A stretch of DNA of 63,776 nt, counting the filler, from Octopus bimaculoides (lineage: Eukaryota), in NCBI RefSeq assembly GCF_001194135.2. It is 6 parts of 6 records of this genome, joined end to end, with 100 filler letters (N's around TTAATTAATTAA, not from the genome) between each part and the next. Parts side by side here need not be neighbours in the genome. Positions count along the whole stretch, not along the records: positions 1 to 29,256 come from NC_068990.1; positions 29,357 to 45,629 come from NC_068995.1; 4 more parts are not named here. One strand, given 5' to 3'. Both the position numbers and the translations under genes were made by a program. Positions 27,059 to 39,933 of this stretch are shown one piece after another (position 1 is the first letter of the stretch; each line of letters opens with the position of its first letter). Below the pieces are notes generated by a model, which had not been told where the DNA came from, searched no databases, and saw only the letters and a program-made list of their open reading frames with translations.

Positions 27059-28248
27059 TCTCTTTCTTTCAAATCTTAAACATCTATCTAGGTGATCTAT
27101 TCAAAACAGTGATAAATATCTGTATTTTCAGAAACATTTCCTTGAAACATTTCTTTCATTAAACACACACATAAACACCCCACTCATCCAAACATGCAAA
27201 CATACATACATACATACATGTATGTATGTATGTATGTATGTATGTATGTATATATATATATATCAATATCAATATAAAAGTAGATAGATTGATAGGCAGA
27301 TTGCTAAATGTGTGTATATATGTACTTTATATATAGTTAGATTTCAGTATCACTGTAGAAATCAGGCCAAATGTATGCTAGTGTGTGTGTGTGTGTGTAC
27401 GTGTACAGATTGCTTAAAGTGGTGTACAGATTTTATGTATCAAGAAAAAGAAGGTTGTCAGAATTTTGAATAATTACTTATTTAGCGCTTTCATCTTGTT
27501 TGTTTCAGAGGCTCATCAGATATGATTTTTGCAGAAAATATCTTGCCTTTTCTATATATATCTGGAAGAGAATGTGTGGCTGTGTGGTAAGAAGCCTGCT
27601 TCCCAAGCACATAATTCCAAGTTCAGTTTCAACGCATGATACCTTAGTCAAATGTCCTCTACTATAGCCTCAGGCAGACCAAAGTGTTGTGAGTGGATTT
27701 GGTAGATGGAAACTGAAAGAAGCCCATCATATATATATGATGCTGGTGTGTTTAGGCCCCTGCAACTTAGGAGTTCAACAAAAAGAGGCCGGTAGAATAA
27801 GTACCAGGCTTAAAAAGAGAATATGTATTCATGAAGGTGTTGCCCCAGCATGGCCGCATTCTAATGGCTGAAACAAGTAAAAGCTAAAAAATAAGAAATA
27901 TATGTGTATGTGTGTATATATATATATGCGTGTGTAGATATGTGTGCACATCTATGCGTGTGTATGTGTGTATTGCAAGCATGTGTGGATAGTGAAGCCT
28001 TAGAGAGTGGGGCAGAGGGACCGAGAAGTGGGAAGGAAGGCAAGAAAGAAAGGAGGAAAGAAAGAGTAAGCAGAAGTAAAGAAAGGGGAAAAGAACGAAA
28101 GAAAGAAAGAAAGAAAGGGAAAAAGAAAACAATGGGGTCTTTTCTATTTTGAGATGGTTTTTGTTGTGTTTTTCAGGCCTACTGAGAGTTACACAGCTGT
28201 TTGAAGTTAATGAGGTTTCAGAATGTCAATGCTGTTTCTTTGAAGGCA

Positions 28249-28311
<63 letters not shown>

Positions 28312-28924
28312 TTCTCCTTCTCCCTCTCCCTCCCTCTCTCTATATCTCCCCTCTCTCTGTCTCTATTTCCCTCTTTCTCTTCCTCTCCTTATCTCTCTCT
28401 CTCTCTCTCTCCCCCTCTCTCTCTCAGTATGCATGTATATGTAAGTATGAGTGTGTGGTGAATTTTCTAGGTTTTGGTCAGAGGGTGAAAGGAAAGAAAG
28501 AAGTACAGAAAGAAAGAAGTACAGAAAGAAAGAAGTAGAGAAAGAAAGAAAGAATGAGAGAAAGAAATACAAGAGAGGAAGTGGAAAGGAAAAAAAGAAA
28601 AGAGAACAAAAAAGAAAGACAGAAAGAAAGAAGGAAAGACAGGAAGAAAGAGAGAAGGGAGGCTCATTTCAAACTGTATTGTGTTCATAACATGTCAATT
28701 TTGTTTTAATCATTGTTTTGAGAGCATCTCTTCCTCCCTCTTTCTCTCTTGTCTTAAGCACCTATCCAGGGGATTTATTCAAAATGTCTGTATTCTCAGT
28801 CAAACATTGCATTTGATGACCCTCCATCCAGCATTTGTTTCTTTCCTTAAACACATACATTCTCACTTCACTCATCCCAAAATATATGTGTAAATGTACA
28901 TATGTGTGTACATATGTGTGTGTG

Positions 28925-28989
<65 letters not shown>

Positions 28990-28998
<9 letters not shown>

Positions 28999-29256
28999 CA
29001 AGATGTGTAAGATATCTGAAGACAAATTTATGTTTATAAAAAAATAGATTTATAATAACAGATAATAACATAAAAAATGATATGAGGATAAAAATAAACA
29101 TACTTTTCTATAATGTTATTCCATAAAGCCACCTTCAGCTTCAACAACTGCTTCTATATGAGATCTAAACCATCTACATGCTCGAATCAAGTAGTCCTGG
29201 TTCATTTTGGACATTACTCTAATTATGGCAGCTTTCAAAGTATCTTTGGTGTTATG
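28990..29256 (-). mobile_element. Tc1/mariner-superfamily transposase C-terminus and terminal repeat, truncated by an assembly join
   Basis: HNTKDTLKAAIIRVMSKMNQDYLIRACRWFRSHIEAVVEAEGGFME*, then AT-rich spacer and gatatcttacacatcttgta end. Confidence 0.75.
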
Positions 29257-29300
29257 NNNNNNNNNNNNNNNNNNNNNNNNNNNNNNNNNNNNNNNNNNNN

Positions 29301-29312
29301 TTAATTAATTAA
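29301..29312. other. Artificial six-frame-stop spacer TTAATTAATTAA inside a 100-bp join; also 45674-45685, 56967-56978, 59334-59345, 61706-61717
   Basis: Identical 12-mer embedded in N runs five times; 44 N on each side counted at the first. Confidence 0.95.
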
Positions 29313-29356
29313 NNNNNNNNNNNNNNNNNNNNNNNNNNNNNNNNNNNNNNNNNNNN

Positions 29357-30235
29357 CCTTCAGCTTGCCTGGCAGTCTGCCGTTTGCGAGAAAGCTCTGG
29401 AAGAGGATCTGGAGGGGTTTTGCCAGGGCATGTTTACACGATTTAAGGATTGCTTGGAAACCATCAGGGCCAGCAGTTGAGTTTGTGTCCACTTCATGTA
29501 TAGCTAGTAGTACATCTCCGCTAATGTTGATGTATTCCATTGTAACTGCCTCACTGGTTATAGGGGAGGTAGCAAAGAAGTCCACTGGTTCGTTCACTTG
29601 TCTGTGCTCCAATGGAGTGGTGAAGACACTTTTGAATTGCTCATTCAGTACCTCACTGATCCTAGTTGGACTCTCTGTGAGGGAGCCATCCTCTTCGATG
29701 AGGGGTCCAATCTTGCAGCGTACTGAGGTTGTTTCTTTTGCGTAATGAAAGAAGGCTTTTGGGTTTGACTTAATGTTTTTTTATAACCCAGGCTTCTTTG
29801 TCTGCTCTCTCTCTCACATAGCCTTTTTTCAATCTCCATCGTTGTCGTTTTAAGGCGGGNNNNNNNNNNTTGCAACGTTCGTCCGTCGTCTCATGAGGAT
29901 CTTCCTCTCCCTTGGAATCTTGTTCCTATTTGTTTTGGCCTTGTGCTCTGGGACATATTTCTGGCATATGGCTTGCACAGTAGACATGAAACATTCTAGT
30001 TTCATCTCAATGTCTGGTGTGGAGAGACAGTCCGCTTAGTGGAAGTTCAGATTGGAGAGATTCTGGGTGCTTCCTTTAGGCTGTATATCTCGGGTTTCTT
30101 TCGGCCCAAACATAGACAGCTCTATTATGTTGTGATCCGAAACTAATGTCGGCGTCACTTTCACATCATGCATGATGTCCGTATTGTTCGTGAAGCAGAG
30201 ATCTAGAATGTTATTCGCTCTAGTTGGTCTGAGAA
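29357..30235 (-). mobile_element. CR1-like LINE fragment: APE endonuclease end, linker and RT start
   Basis: NNILDLCFTNNTDIMHDVKVTPTLVSDHNIIELS; AIHEVDTNSTAGPDGFQAILKSCKHALAKPLQILFQSFLANGRLP. Confidence 0.85.
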
Positions 30236-30574
30236 CAGATACATATACATCTACACATATACACGGACGTATTCATAAGGTAAAGAATTAGAATCAAACT
30301 TATAGTAAAATATACGCTAACGTTCACATTAATATTCATAAAAAAACTATTATTCATATACACAAGAGCATACGCATCTCAAAACCTGAATAGACCCTTA
30401 ACACATATACATATGTGTATATACAAACATATAAACATNNNNNNNNNNNNNNNNNNNNNNNNNNNNNNNNNNNNNNNNNNNNNNNNNNNNNNNNNNNNNN
30501 NNNNNNNNNNNNNNNNNNNNNNNNNNNNNNNNNNNNNNNNNNNNNNNNNNNNNNNNNNNNNNNNNNNNNNNNNN

Positions 30575-30605
<31 letters not shown>

Positions 30606-31205
30606 GAGATATTCTTTTATTCTTTTCCTTGTTTCAGCCATTTGTTTGCGGCCACGCTGGAGCACCGCATTTAGTCGAGAAAATTGACCGAAGGACGTAT
30701 TCTTCGTAAGCTTAATACTTATTCTATCGGTATTTTTTGCCGAACTGTCAAGGTACGGGGCCCTGAAGACACCAATATCGGTTGTCAAGCGATAGCTGCG
30801 GGAGACAAACACAGACACGAAAACTAACACACAAACATATGCGTATACATATACATGTATATATTTACAACGGACTTCTTTCAATTTCCGTCTACCAAAT
30901 CCTCTGAGAAGGCCTTGGTTGGCCTGAGGCTATAGTACAAGACACTTGCCCAACATGCACGCAACGGGACTGAACCCGGATCTCGCCCCTATACTCTTTT
31001 ACTTGTTTCAGTCATTTGACTGTGGCCATGCTGGATCACCGCCTTTAGTCGAGTAAATCGACCCCAGGACTTATTCTTTGGATGCCTAGTTTTTATTCTA
31101 TCGGTCTATTTTGCCAAACCACTAAGTTACGGGGACGTAAACACACCACCATCGGTTGTCAAGCGATGTTGGGGAACAAACACAGATACACATACACAAA
31201 CATAC

Positions 31206-31246
<41 letters not shown>

Positions 31247-31386
31247 TGTGTGTTCTTACATATGAGAGACCAAAGTGTACGTACGACGCTATATTTATAT
31301 AAAAATGAATACCAAAAATGGGACAAGAACCCAATATAGTGTATTGTACAAACCATAGTGTTATTTAAAATTAAAATTTATTGTAA

Positions 31387-31556
31387 GGCGCGGGAGAGGC
31401 TGTGTGGTAAGTAGCTTGCTTTCCCAACCACATGATTCTGGGTACAGTTCTATAACGTGGCATCTTGAAAAAGTGTCTTCTAGAATAGCCTTGGGCCAAC
31501 TAAAGCTTATAGCCTTGTGTGAGGATTCGCTAGACGGAAACTGAAAGAAGCCCGTC

Positions 31557-31634
<78 letters not shown>

Positions 31635-31850
31635 GGGGGTGTATGTGTGTGTGGTGTGTGTGTATTTGTGTGTCTGTGTTTATCTCCACCATCGCTTGAT
31701 AACCGATGTTGGGATGTTTACATCCCCGTAAACTAGCGGTTCGCCAAAAGATATTGATAGAATAAGTCCTGGTGTTGATTTGTTTGACTAAAGGCGGTGT
31801 TCTAGCATGGCTGCAGTCAAATGACTGAAACAACTAAAAGAATAAAAGAA
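31387..31850 (+). mobile_element. Full-length copy of the abundant tRNA-derived SINE (CpG retained)
   Basis: Same head, core and tail as 25172-25665. Confidence 0.85.
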
Positions 31851-32803
31851 AACAATATAATATAACTTTAAATTTATATGACAATTCATGCTGTGTCATT
31901 GACTGATGAAACTTTCGAGTGTAAGGTATGAAGCAGGTACTAAGCATTATAACCCTTCCATAAGAAGTCTTCTGTCTCACAATTTTAAACAAAATTTAGA
32001 GGCGACAAGGAAATACATATAAAAAAAACGCTGAAATTCCGTGTGAAGCGCAGAAAATTTAAAATTAAGAAATACTAATTGGTTAATAACATATTTGAGA
32101 CATATGTTAGATGAATTACATCGATAAAGTACGCAAGCATATTGGCATTTAGTTATTAATTTATTAATATGCGTTGTCGAATGTTTGCAAAAGTAATCTT
32201 TTCATGCAAATATACTGCAGAGAAAGCTATTAATTAATGCATTCATTTTATGCAAATGCAATTATCTTCGATGCTTAAAATAAATGTAAGCAACGATGAA
32301 ATCGAATACTAATTTTCTTTGCTCGGAAAACTAAAACAACATCCGCTGAAAAAGACCATGTCCAAATTTTAGCTAGTGTGTATTGAAAACATTGGTGTTT
32401 ACAGAAAATATAATGTAACATCCATTGCTTTCAACAATCAACGCAAAATCAATCATACACACAAGCATGAACAAGTATTTACGTGTTTATACATACACAC
32501 ATATATATACATACATGCATACATACATACATGCATACATACATACATACATACATACATACATACATACATACATACATACATACGTACATAAACACAC
32601 ACACACACACACACACACACATAAAACACATTTCAAATGAATAAGGAGAATAATACATCTACACACCTTTTTCTTATTACAGTCATTTATAAAGCACATT
32701 CAATTTAAAACTCTGTCCGACATATGTTTCTGCTGCATAGATACCTTGCAATGTGATTTTATTTGCATCCAGTTTCATCTGTTGACACTATTAAACTTTG
32801 CCG

Positions 32804-32976
32804 GGTTCGAATTTCGATTCATGAATGTTAGATCTTAAACTTGGTCAGAATGTATTTCATCCGCCATTCTGATGGACGAAATATATTCTGCCCTCGTTTA
32901 TGATCATCCAGGCTTGTGGATGAAATATATACTCCACCTAGTTTAGGATCTAACATTCATGACTCGAAATTAAACC
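32804..32976. mobile_element. Foldback MITE with about 58-bp arms
   Basis: ggttcgaatttcgattcatgaatgttagatcttaaact...gtatttcatcc versus ggatgaaatata...agtttaggatctaacattcatgactcgaaattaaacc. Confidence 0.8.
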
Positions 32977-35900
32977 TTAGTCGATATGATAACTGATTTT
33001 ATAGCCAAATCAACGTGGCGAGCTGGCAGAAAAGTCAGTACGCCGGGTGAAATACTTAGCGGTATTTCGTCTATCTTTACGTTCTGAGTTCAAATCCCCC
33101 GAGGTCGACTTTACCTTTTATCCTTTCGGCGTCGATAATTTACGTACCAGTTGCGTACTGAGGTCGATCTAGTCGACTAAACCCTCCCCAAAAATTTCGA
33201 GCCTTTTGCCAAGAGATAGATTTTATAGCCAGATCTGGTTTCTAACTATTCTATTATTCTTTGCACTCAACGCTAATCGTCCACCTACTAAAATATAAAA
33301 CTGTCTAAACTATTATCTTGGATATACACTCAGTAAACTGTTTATAATCCAATGAAGTAAGTCCACTATTTACCCACCGGATGAAATACATTGAGAATGT
33401 TTACCTCGAATAGTCCTAGTTTATTCCTCAACATTCGATACGGTTAAGCATAACTTTGGATTATAATACAGTCCTTGAACACTACCTACCTAGATATATT
33501 ATCCCAATCTATCTATCTATCTATCTATCTATCTATATATATATACATATATATATATANNNNNNNNNNNNNNNNNNNNNNNNNNNNNNNNNNNNNNNNN
33601 NNNNNNNNNNNNNNNNNNNNNNNNNNNNNNNNNNNNNNNNNNNNNNNNNNNNNNNNNNNNNNNNNNNNNGAACACTACCTACCTAGATATATTATCCCAA
33701 TCTATCTATCTATCTATCTATCTATCTATATGTATGCGCGGGAGAGAGAAAGGAAGAGGGACAAAGAGAACGAACTGCTTTCCCAAATGGCTTGTAACCA
33801 TTCCACCGTTGTTTTCTGTCACTGACTTTTCATCTTCCTTGCCCACTATACATTTCATTGAAATTCCTATGTTGAAGAAGTAGCATGCAAAACGTTAAAT
33901 CTAGGTTAGATATGTTCATAAACATATCTACAGTTAACTTAGATATCAAGCACAGCCAGTATGACACGGGGCCAGAATATTCTTTGCGTTTAACTCACAG
34001 GTGCAATACATCTAATTTGCCTCGCTACAGTTCCTGTACCGGATTAACTACAAGTTAAGGAATGTACGAAAGATTTTGTTAATAATATTTGCACAAGAAT
34101 TCGCACAGTAAGAAGAAACCCGAAACCCTTTTGTTGAGAAGCACGCATTTTTCTATTTAGCTATTCAAATGAATAGATAGGAAAAATATAGAAAATATAT
34201 CGATCAAAATTTACTGAAGGCCAATGTCAGGAAAACCTGATCAAAGCGAATTTCTACATCATAAGATATAAAGACAAAAACTTACATATTAATCACTACA
34301 TTAAGTAATACAAAAATTCTTATTCCTCACTGACAATGAGTTCCATTGTAAGAAAGTATAACGCAACGAGAAGCTGCGGATTATTAAAACAATAGAAACG
34401 ACATTTTTAGTCGCTACTCGTCATATTGATTTTTATTGTGTAGAATTAAAATCAGAACAAGGTTTTTCAATAATTGGAAATCAATACAATAAGCATATTC
34501 TTGATCAATGTATGTATCTATAGATATCACCATACATGTTCACAGAAATAGATACACGCATATATANNNNNNNNNNNNNNNNNNNNNNNNNNNNNNNNNN
34601 NNNNNNNNNNNNNNNNNNNNNNNNNNNNNNNNNNNNNNNNNNNNNNNNNNNNNNNNNNNNNNNNNNNNNNNNNNNNNNNNNNNNNNNNNNNNNNNNNNNN
34701 NNNNNNNNNNNNNNNNNNNNNNNNNNNNNNNNNTATATATATATATATATATATATATCCATGTATATATGTGTATGTAGTTATATATATGTATACGTAT
34801 ACAGACACGCACACACTAATCCATGGATGCGTACCAATGCATACATACATATACATGTATACATATATGCTTATACACCACACGCATTCTTTTATTATTT
34901 TATTCTTTTACTTGTTTCAGTCATTTGACTGCGGCCATGCTGGAGCATAGCCTTAATGTATATATATGTATTATCTAATCCTACTTATACTATGTATATA
35001 TATTGGTGTGTATTCATGTATGTATATAATAATACATGCCCATAAGTGTGTGCATGCATATATATACATACATGCATGGATACATATTTTTTTTTTACAT
35101 TGGCACAGTATATACTTCATACTTGTACGTGTATAAGTATATTCTTAATAAGACTTTTCCGAGTGAAAAATTACATCAGGTGTAGATTAATCTTGTTTGT
35201 TATATCATTCATCCAAATTTTACGTGAAGATCTCAGTCGACTTCGAAAAAATATGTCTCGTAATTTGCTGCCCCTGAAGCACTTACGAAACAAACTGCTA
35301 TTATTTTCGAACTATTGGTTTAAGAATTAAAGGCTTTGCTCTTTCATATGTTGTTGTAGTGTTCATTAGTTTTTGTAGTTGCATTAATATTGTGTGTTAT
35401 GTTGGTGTCTTGTAAAGTTAATTAGTATAGTGGGAGGTTGGTCCAACAACAATGTAAATCAATACTGAAAGAAAGGTATTTAATGAAGTTGAATGAATAA
35501 TACTGCCCAACAATGTTTGGCCTTGTATTCTTTAGCAATGTTCTGATCAAGGCCATCCCAATCCATTTATTGTGTACACGGAAGGGAAGAGAGGTTATGT
35601 TGTGAATATACATTTGTGCTGCAGCGAGGGCACAATGCAGAAAACACGTTATACATCTATGATAAAGCTTAGAAATAGCAGTCTTTGTGACGGTTTTAAC
35701 AGCATGCCTATGAGGAAAGAGAAATTTCACGCGTTATCTACCCAATAGGGTCTATTCTTTGATTGTCCTGTTGTATTAGACGAATCCCCTGGCGCTGAAG
35801 TAGTGAGCATGCTCTGTGATTTAAATTATTTCTATAAACAGATATAAATTCGACGTGTTGCATCACATTTGAGAGTGTACATTGCAGACAGGCGTCTTCA

Positions 35901-36157
35901 GTTAATAGATGCAGCATACATCGAACAACCTCAAGATGAAAAGTTTAGTTATTTCGATTAATTAGATTTAGTAATACTAAGTTCTATTTTATAACAGAAT
36001 TTGAAGGATTTTGAAACACTCACTACTCTGGACCCATGGATATACTTTTTCAAGCAGTAATATTTAGCTATCACTCATCTATCCAAACCACAATTACGGT
36101 CCGTTTTCGTTCATAAAATACCTGTAGTTATTACGACTTATTCGTTCGTTTTTCCTC

Positions 36158-36195
<38 letters not shown>

Positions 36196-36757
36196 CTCTC
36201 TCTCACTTCACTCCCTCTCCCAAAGCTTTTGTACAACCTATCTGACTAAACCTGTAATATAGTTTCACATGGTTACTCTAACAGCGTACATATATTTAAT
36301 ACTACCAATTTACATTGTGTATTAATGTGTCCAACACATATACTGAAAAACCTTAGAAAATTTTATAGAAAGTTGTACATCACCATTCCCTTAAATTGCA
36401 GCATATATCTATAACGACCTTGTCGTAGTATCTATCTAAATTGAGCGCAAGAAAAGAGCGTAGTTCTTCTGATGGTTGGCCAAAATTTGCATACTAAGTA
36501 TCTGTCGGCAGTATGATTAAATAATTAATAAATAACTATGCCCAAACACACATAAACACATACAAAAATACACTGTCACGCAGACATAGACATATATTCT
36601 AAGAGAGAGAAGAAACAGTGCAATAATGCAACATATATANNNNNNNNNNNNNNNNNNNNNNNNNNNNNNNNNNNNNNNNNNNNNNNNNNNNNNNNNNNNN
36701 NNNNNNNNNNNNNNNNNNNNNNNNNNNNNNNNNNNNNNNNNNNNNNNNNNNNNNNNN

Positions 36758-36789
<32 letters not shown>

Positions 36790-38399
36790 GTATTCATGCA
36801 TATATGAATTTATATATGCATGTATACGCGCGGGAGTGTATGCGCGCGTGTGTGTACGTGTGAACGTGTGCATATGTATTTATGTATATCAACAAACAGA
36901 TAACCGAACACTCATACGTAAATACATTATTTTACATATATTAACCGAAAATACACTGGTTTATATAAATTTGGCTATATTTACGAAAATTAGATTCATT
37001 TTATACTAGACGTTTTTATTGTAACATTTAACATACTTGTTGAGACAATGATGATATGGCATATCACAGATCAATACATTTCACAAAGAAATTAAATATT
37101 GTGTGTTAAAATACTTATGTTTTCAGAGTTTCATACTATCCATTCACCTCCTTTCAATTTTGTATAGTTCTTAATGCCCGTCCTCCAGTGCTTCTGCTTT
37201 CCTCTGTTCATTTTACTTCCCTTGTAAAATGCATTTCTTCGCTTTCTTTCATCATCCTTTATTATTCATCCTTTATTTCTAAATTTTGTTAATTATCGTT
37301 TTCTCATTAATTTGAACAAGTAATCATTTTATCAGTAAGATTTTTTTTAATCAATAGTAATTTTTAATATTCATAACAATATCATTTATTTGCATTAATT
37401 AGCTGGAGAGGTGTGGGATAAAATTCAATAAATTATAAAAACTCACCAAGCTCGGGTATAATGATGGCATTGGTGTTCAAATTCAACAGCCCGAGCTGTA
37501 CCACTCTCCAGCTCACTTGTGTTTGGAAGAATTATAGAAGAGTGCAAATCTGATGAGGGAGGATTCCGTGCCAAATAATATTACGCGGTTCCTTGAGTGG
37601 ATGATTTTATTGAGCCGGGGCTGAGAAACATGTGAACTAGTATCTTGAAAGTTCGAAAAGTAACGGCATTTGAAGAAGGCTTGAGACAGATGATACATAA
37701 TTATTATTATACAGGAGAGAACTATTTGTAATAGTGAAACCTGAGAACTCTATAGCACTTATCTCTACATCTTATTCATAATATTTGAATGTATTGAAAG
37801 CAGTAATTACAGTTCTCATTTGACAATTATACTACGTATATTCGATGGAACATTATCTGAACTGATCCAAAATGAACTTTTAATGCTAATTTTATAATTT
37901 CTATTTAAATATATTCTCTTTTTCATAAACTGATATAAATGTATTTCCTTTAAACTTCATAATAAATGTATTTCCTTTAAAACCAAATAATAAAAACAAA
38001 TGTCATTTTATCCCTCTATATTGCCGCTCTTCTAACTTTTTAACTTTTGTACACTTTAGATTTCAGATTTAATATGCATTAAGCTGCTTTCTGCAATCAT
38101 TAATCAGTGACCATTCTAAATGTTCAGTAATAATTCACTTAATTTAAATATCATTTCAAGAGACATTAATATCTGAAATATTAGGTCAGGGCTTGTGTAT
38201 TTTGCCGCTTCTGCGGGCAGTTACAATCTTTTTAGTTCATTTTAAAGTCGTGCTTTAAAATATTGCTATTTATGTTTATTGTGGCATATAAGTATTTCTG
38301 GCATTCAACAGTCGCTATTAATTTCTTTATGAGGGTATACGGTAGAAGGTTTTGCGGCTGAATTTCAAGCATATGGAATATAACACAAAATCCGTTCTT

Positions 38400-38431
<32 letters not shown>

Positions 38432-38479
38432 TTATCTGTCCATCCCGCTATTTTCTGCCAACTCCCGGAAGGGTCGTTA

Positions 38480-39075
38480 TGAGGTACCTCCTGTATAGAA
38501 TCCTATCGGAAGTAATCGTCATTACTTTTACCCGTTAGATTCCTAAATGTGAACAACTGAGATTATAGATATTAACCAACAATCTTGTTTTTTATACACC
38601 CAGTAAGGTTTCTGCCAATTTGCTTGCCTTGAAGAATGAGTCTAGTGGTTTCTTCCTGCGACATTCTAATCACATGTTAGTAGTATAGGAGTTGAAACGC
38701 CTCAAAGCGAATGTGCTGCTTCGAACTGGAAAATTTCCTTAAATTCTGAGCTATGTAACTTGTCGTGTAACGTTACACCAGAGATCTTCGAGAGGAACTA
38801 CATTTTAGCGATCTATATTCGCTACTGTACCCTTCATTCATTACCTAACATTCTTCACCATATATGGGGACAAGCACGAAAACATAATCGAAAATATTAA
38901 CTTTGGGTTTTTTGCGAACCTCTCCTTTCCTGAGGATCAAATGGTGAAGTTGGCGCGTTACGGCAGGTATAGCATTTGACTCAGTCTCCCATTTCTCATC
39001 AAACGTGAATATAGCCCCGTGATACTTAAACGTCTTCACTTGTCTCAGAGATGTTCTAGCATGCAGAATGCACGG
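38480..39075 (-). mobile_element. RTE (Expander-like) LINE 3' fragment
   Basis: KTFKYHGAIFTFDEKWETE...AVTRQLHHLILRKGEVRKKPKVNIFDYVFVLVPIYGEEC*VMNE, then HVIRMSQEETTRLIL. Confidence 0.75.
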
Positions 39076-39867
39076 GGGACGACTTTCTTATGAGGACTAA
39101 TTGTTTCAGTTTTCGCAACACTACATATTTTGAAGATGTAATACGGTCTCCTCCATATTTAATGTTACTTCATATTATTGAATTAATCTAAAGAAATCTG
39201 ATATCCTCCAGCAAATATATAATGTATTTCTCAACATATGATTCGAAGACGAATCACTGATTGATTAAAAATTAACAGCAGCTCCTTTTTACAAGTGACT
39301 TACCTTTATATGCAATTCATCGTTATTCATTTATTCTTTCATACTTTTCCTTGTTTCAGTACTTTCACTGCGGCCATGCAGTGGCACGCGATATTACAAT
39401 GACTTATACTGAGGAACTTAACCAACTTCAGATACATTTTCATGACAAAATAAGATGCTACAGTTGGGCAAGTACTAGTTTGTATAGTAGTTCTGGTAAT
39501 TGATTGATAATTGTAGGAATTAAGTTTGTAAGGCTAATTCGTTTAAGAAACGCATAATCAGTGACCGACCTTCATATCTTGAGCAAGAAAGAATTTTTTT
39601 TTTATTCGAATGCAATGTAATTTACTCAATCAATGAAAACAATTATGATTCTTTTTACTTAATGTGTTGCTCAATTTAAATGTTAAATCTCAATTACAGT
39701 CATGAAAGTTAGTTTGTAGCATGCATTGTAAGAATGCATTGGTTTCAGATTAACCTTTAGAGTAGAAAAGTTTAAACTTATTTTCGAAAAGTGTATATTC
39801 AAAAAGTATAAAATGTTTATTAGGGTATAGTTAAATACGTATAAGTGTATATGTGTATTATGTGTGA

Positions 39868-39933
<66 letters not shown>

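Noticed and set aside
27490-27525. Minus-strand CTGATGAGCCTCTGAAAC
   Set aside because: Core motifs present but no stem II, stem I or cleavage triplet; also a good-looking plus-strand splice acceptor here gave no convincing exon.
720-28260. Several plus-strand pyrimidine-tract acceptors (near 721, 15670, 16330, 21828, 27508, 28186)
   Set aside because: Each hits a stop quickly or lacks a donor; no consistent gene model.
31901-31930. CTGATGAAACTTTCGAG
   Set aside because: No GAAA and no flanking stems.
33477-33731. About 60-bp direct repeat on both sides of an N gap; similar cases at 1819-1970 and 51490-51820
   Set aside because: Most likely overlapping contig ends that failed to merge at a microsatellite, i.e. 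assembly artefact.
37510-37690. Minus-strand AG...GTGAGC-bounded open segment (FFKCRYFSNFQD...)
   Set aside because: Isolated, unrecognised peptide with no partner exons; splice-like motifs of this quality occur by chance in AT-rich DNA.
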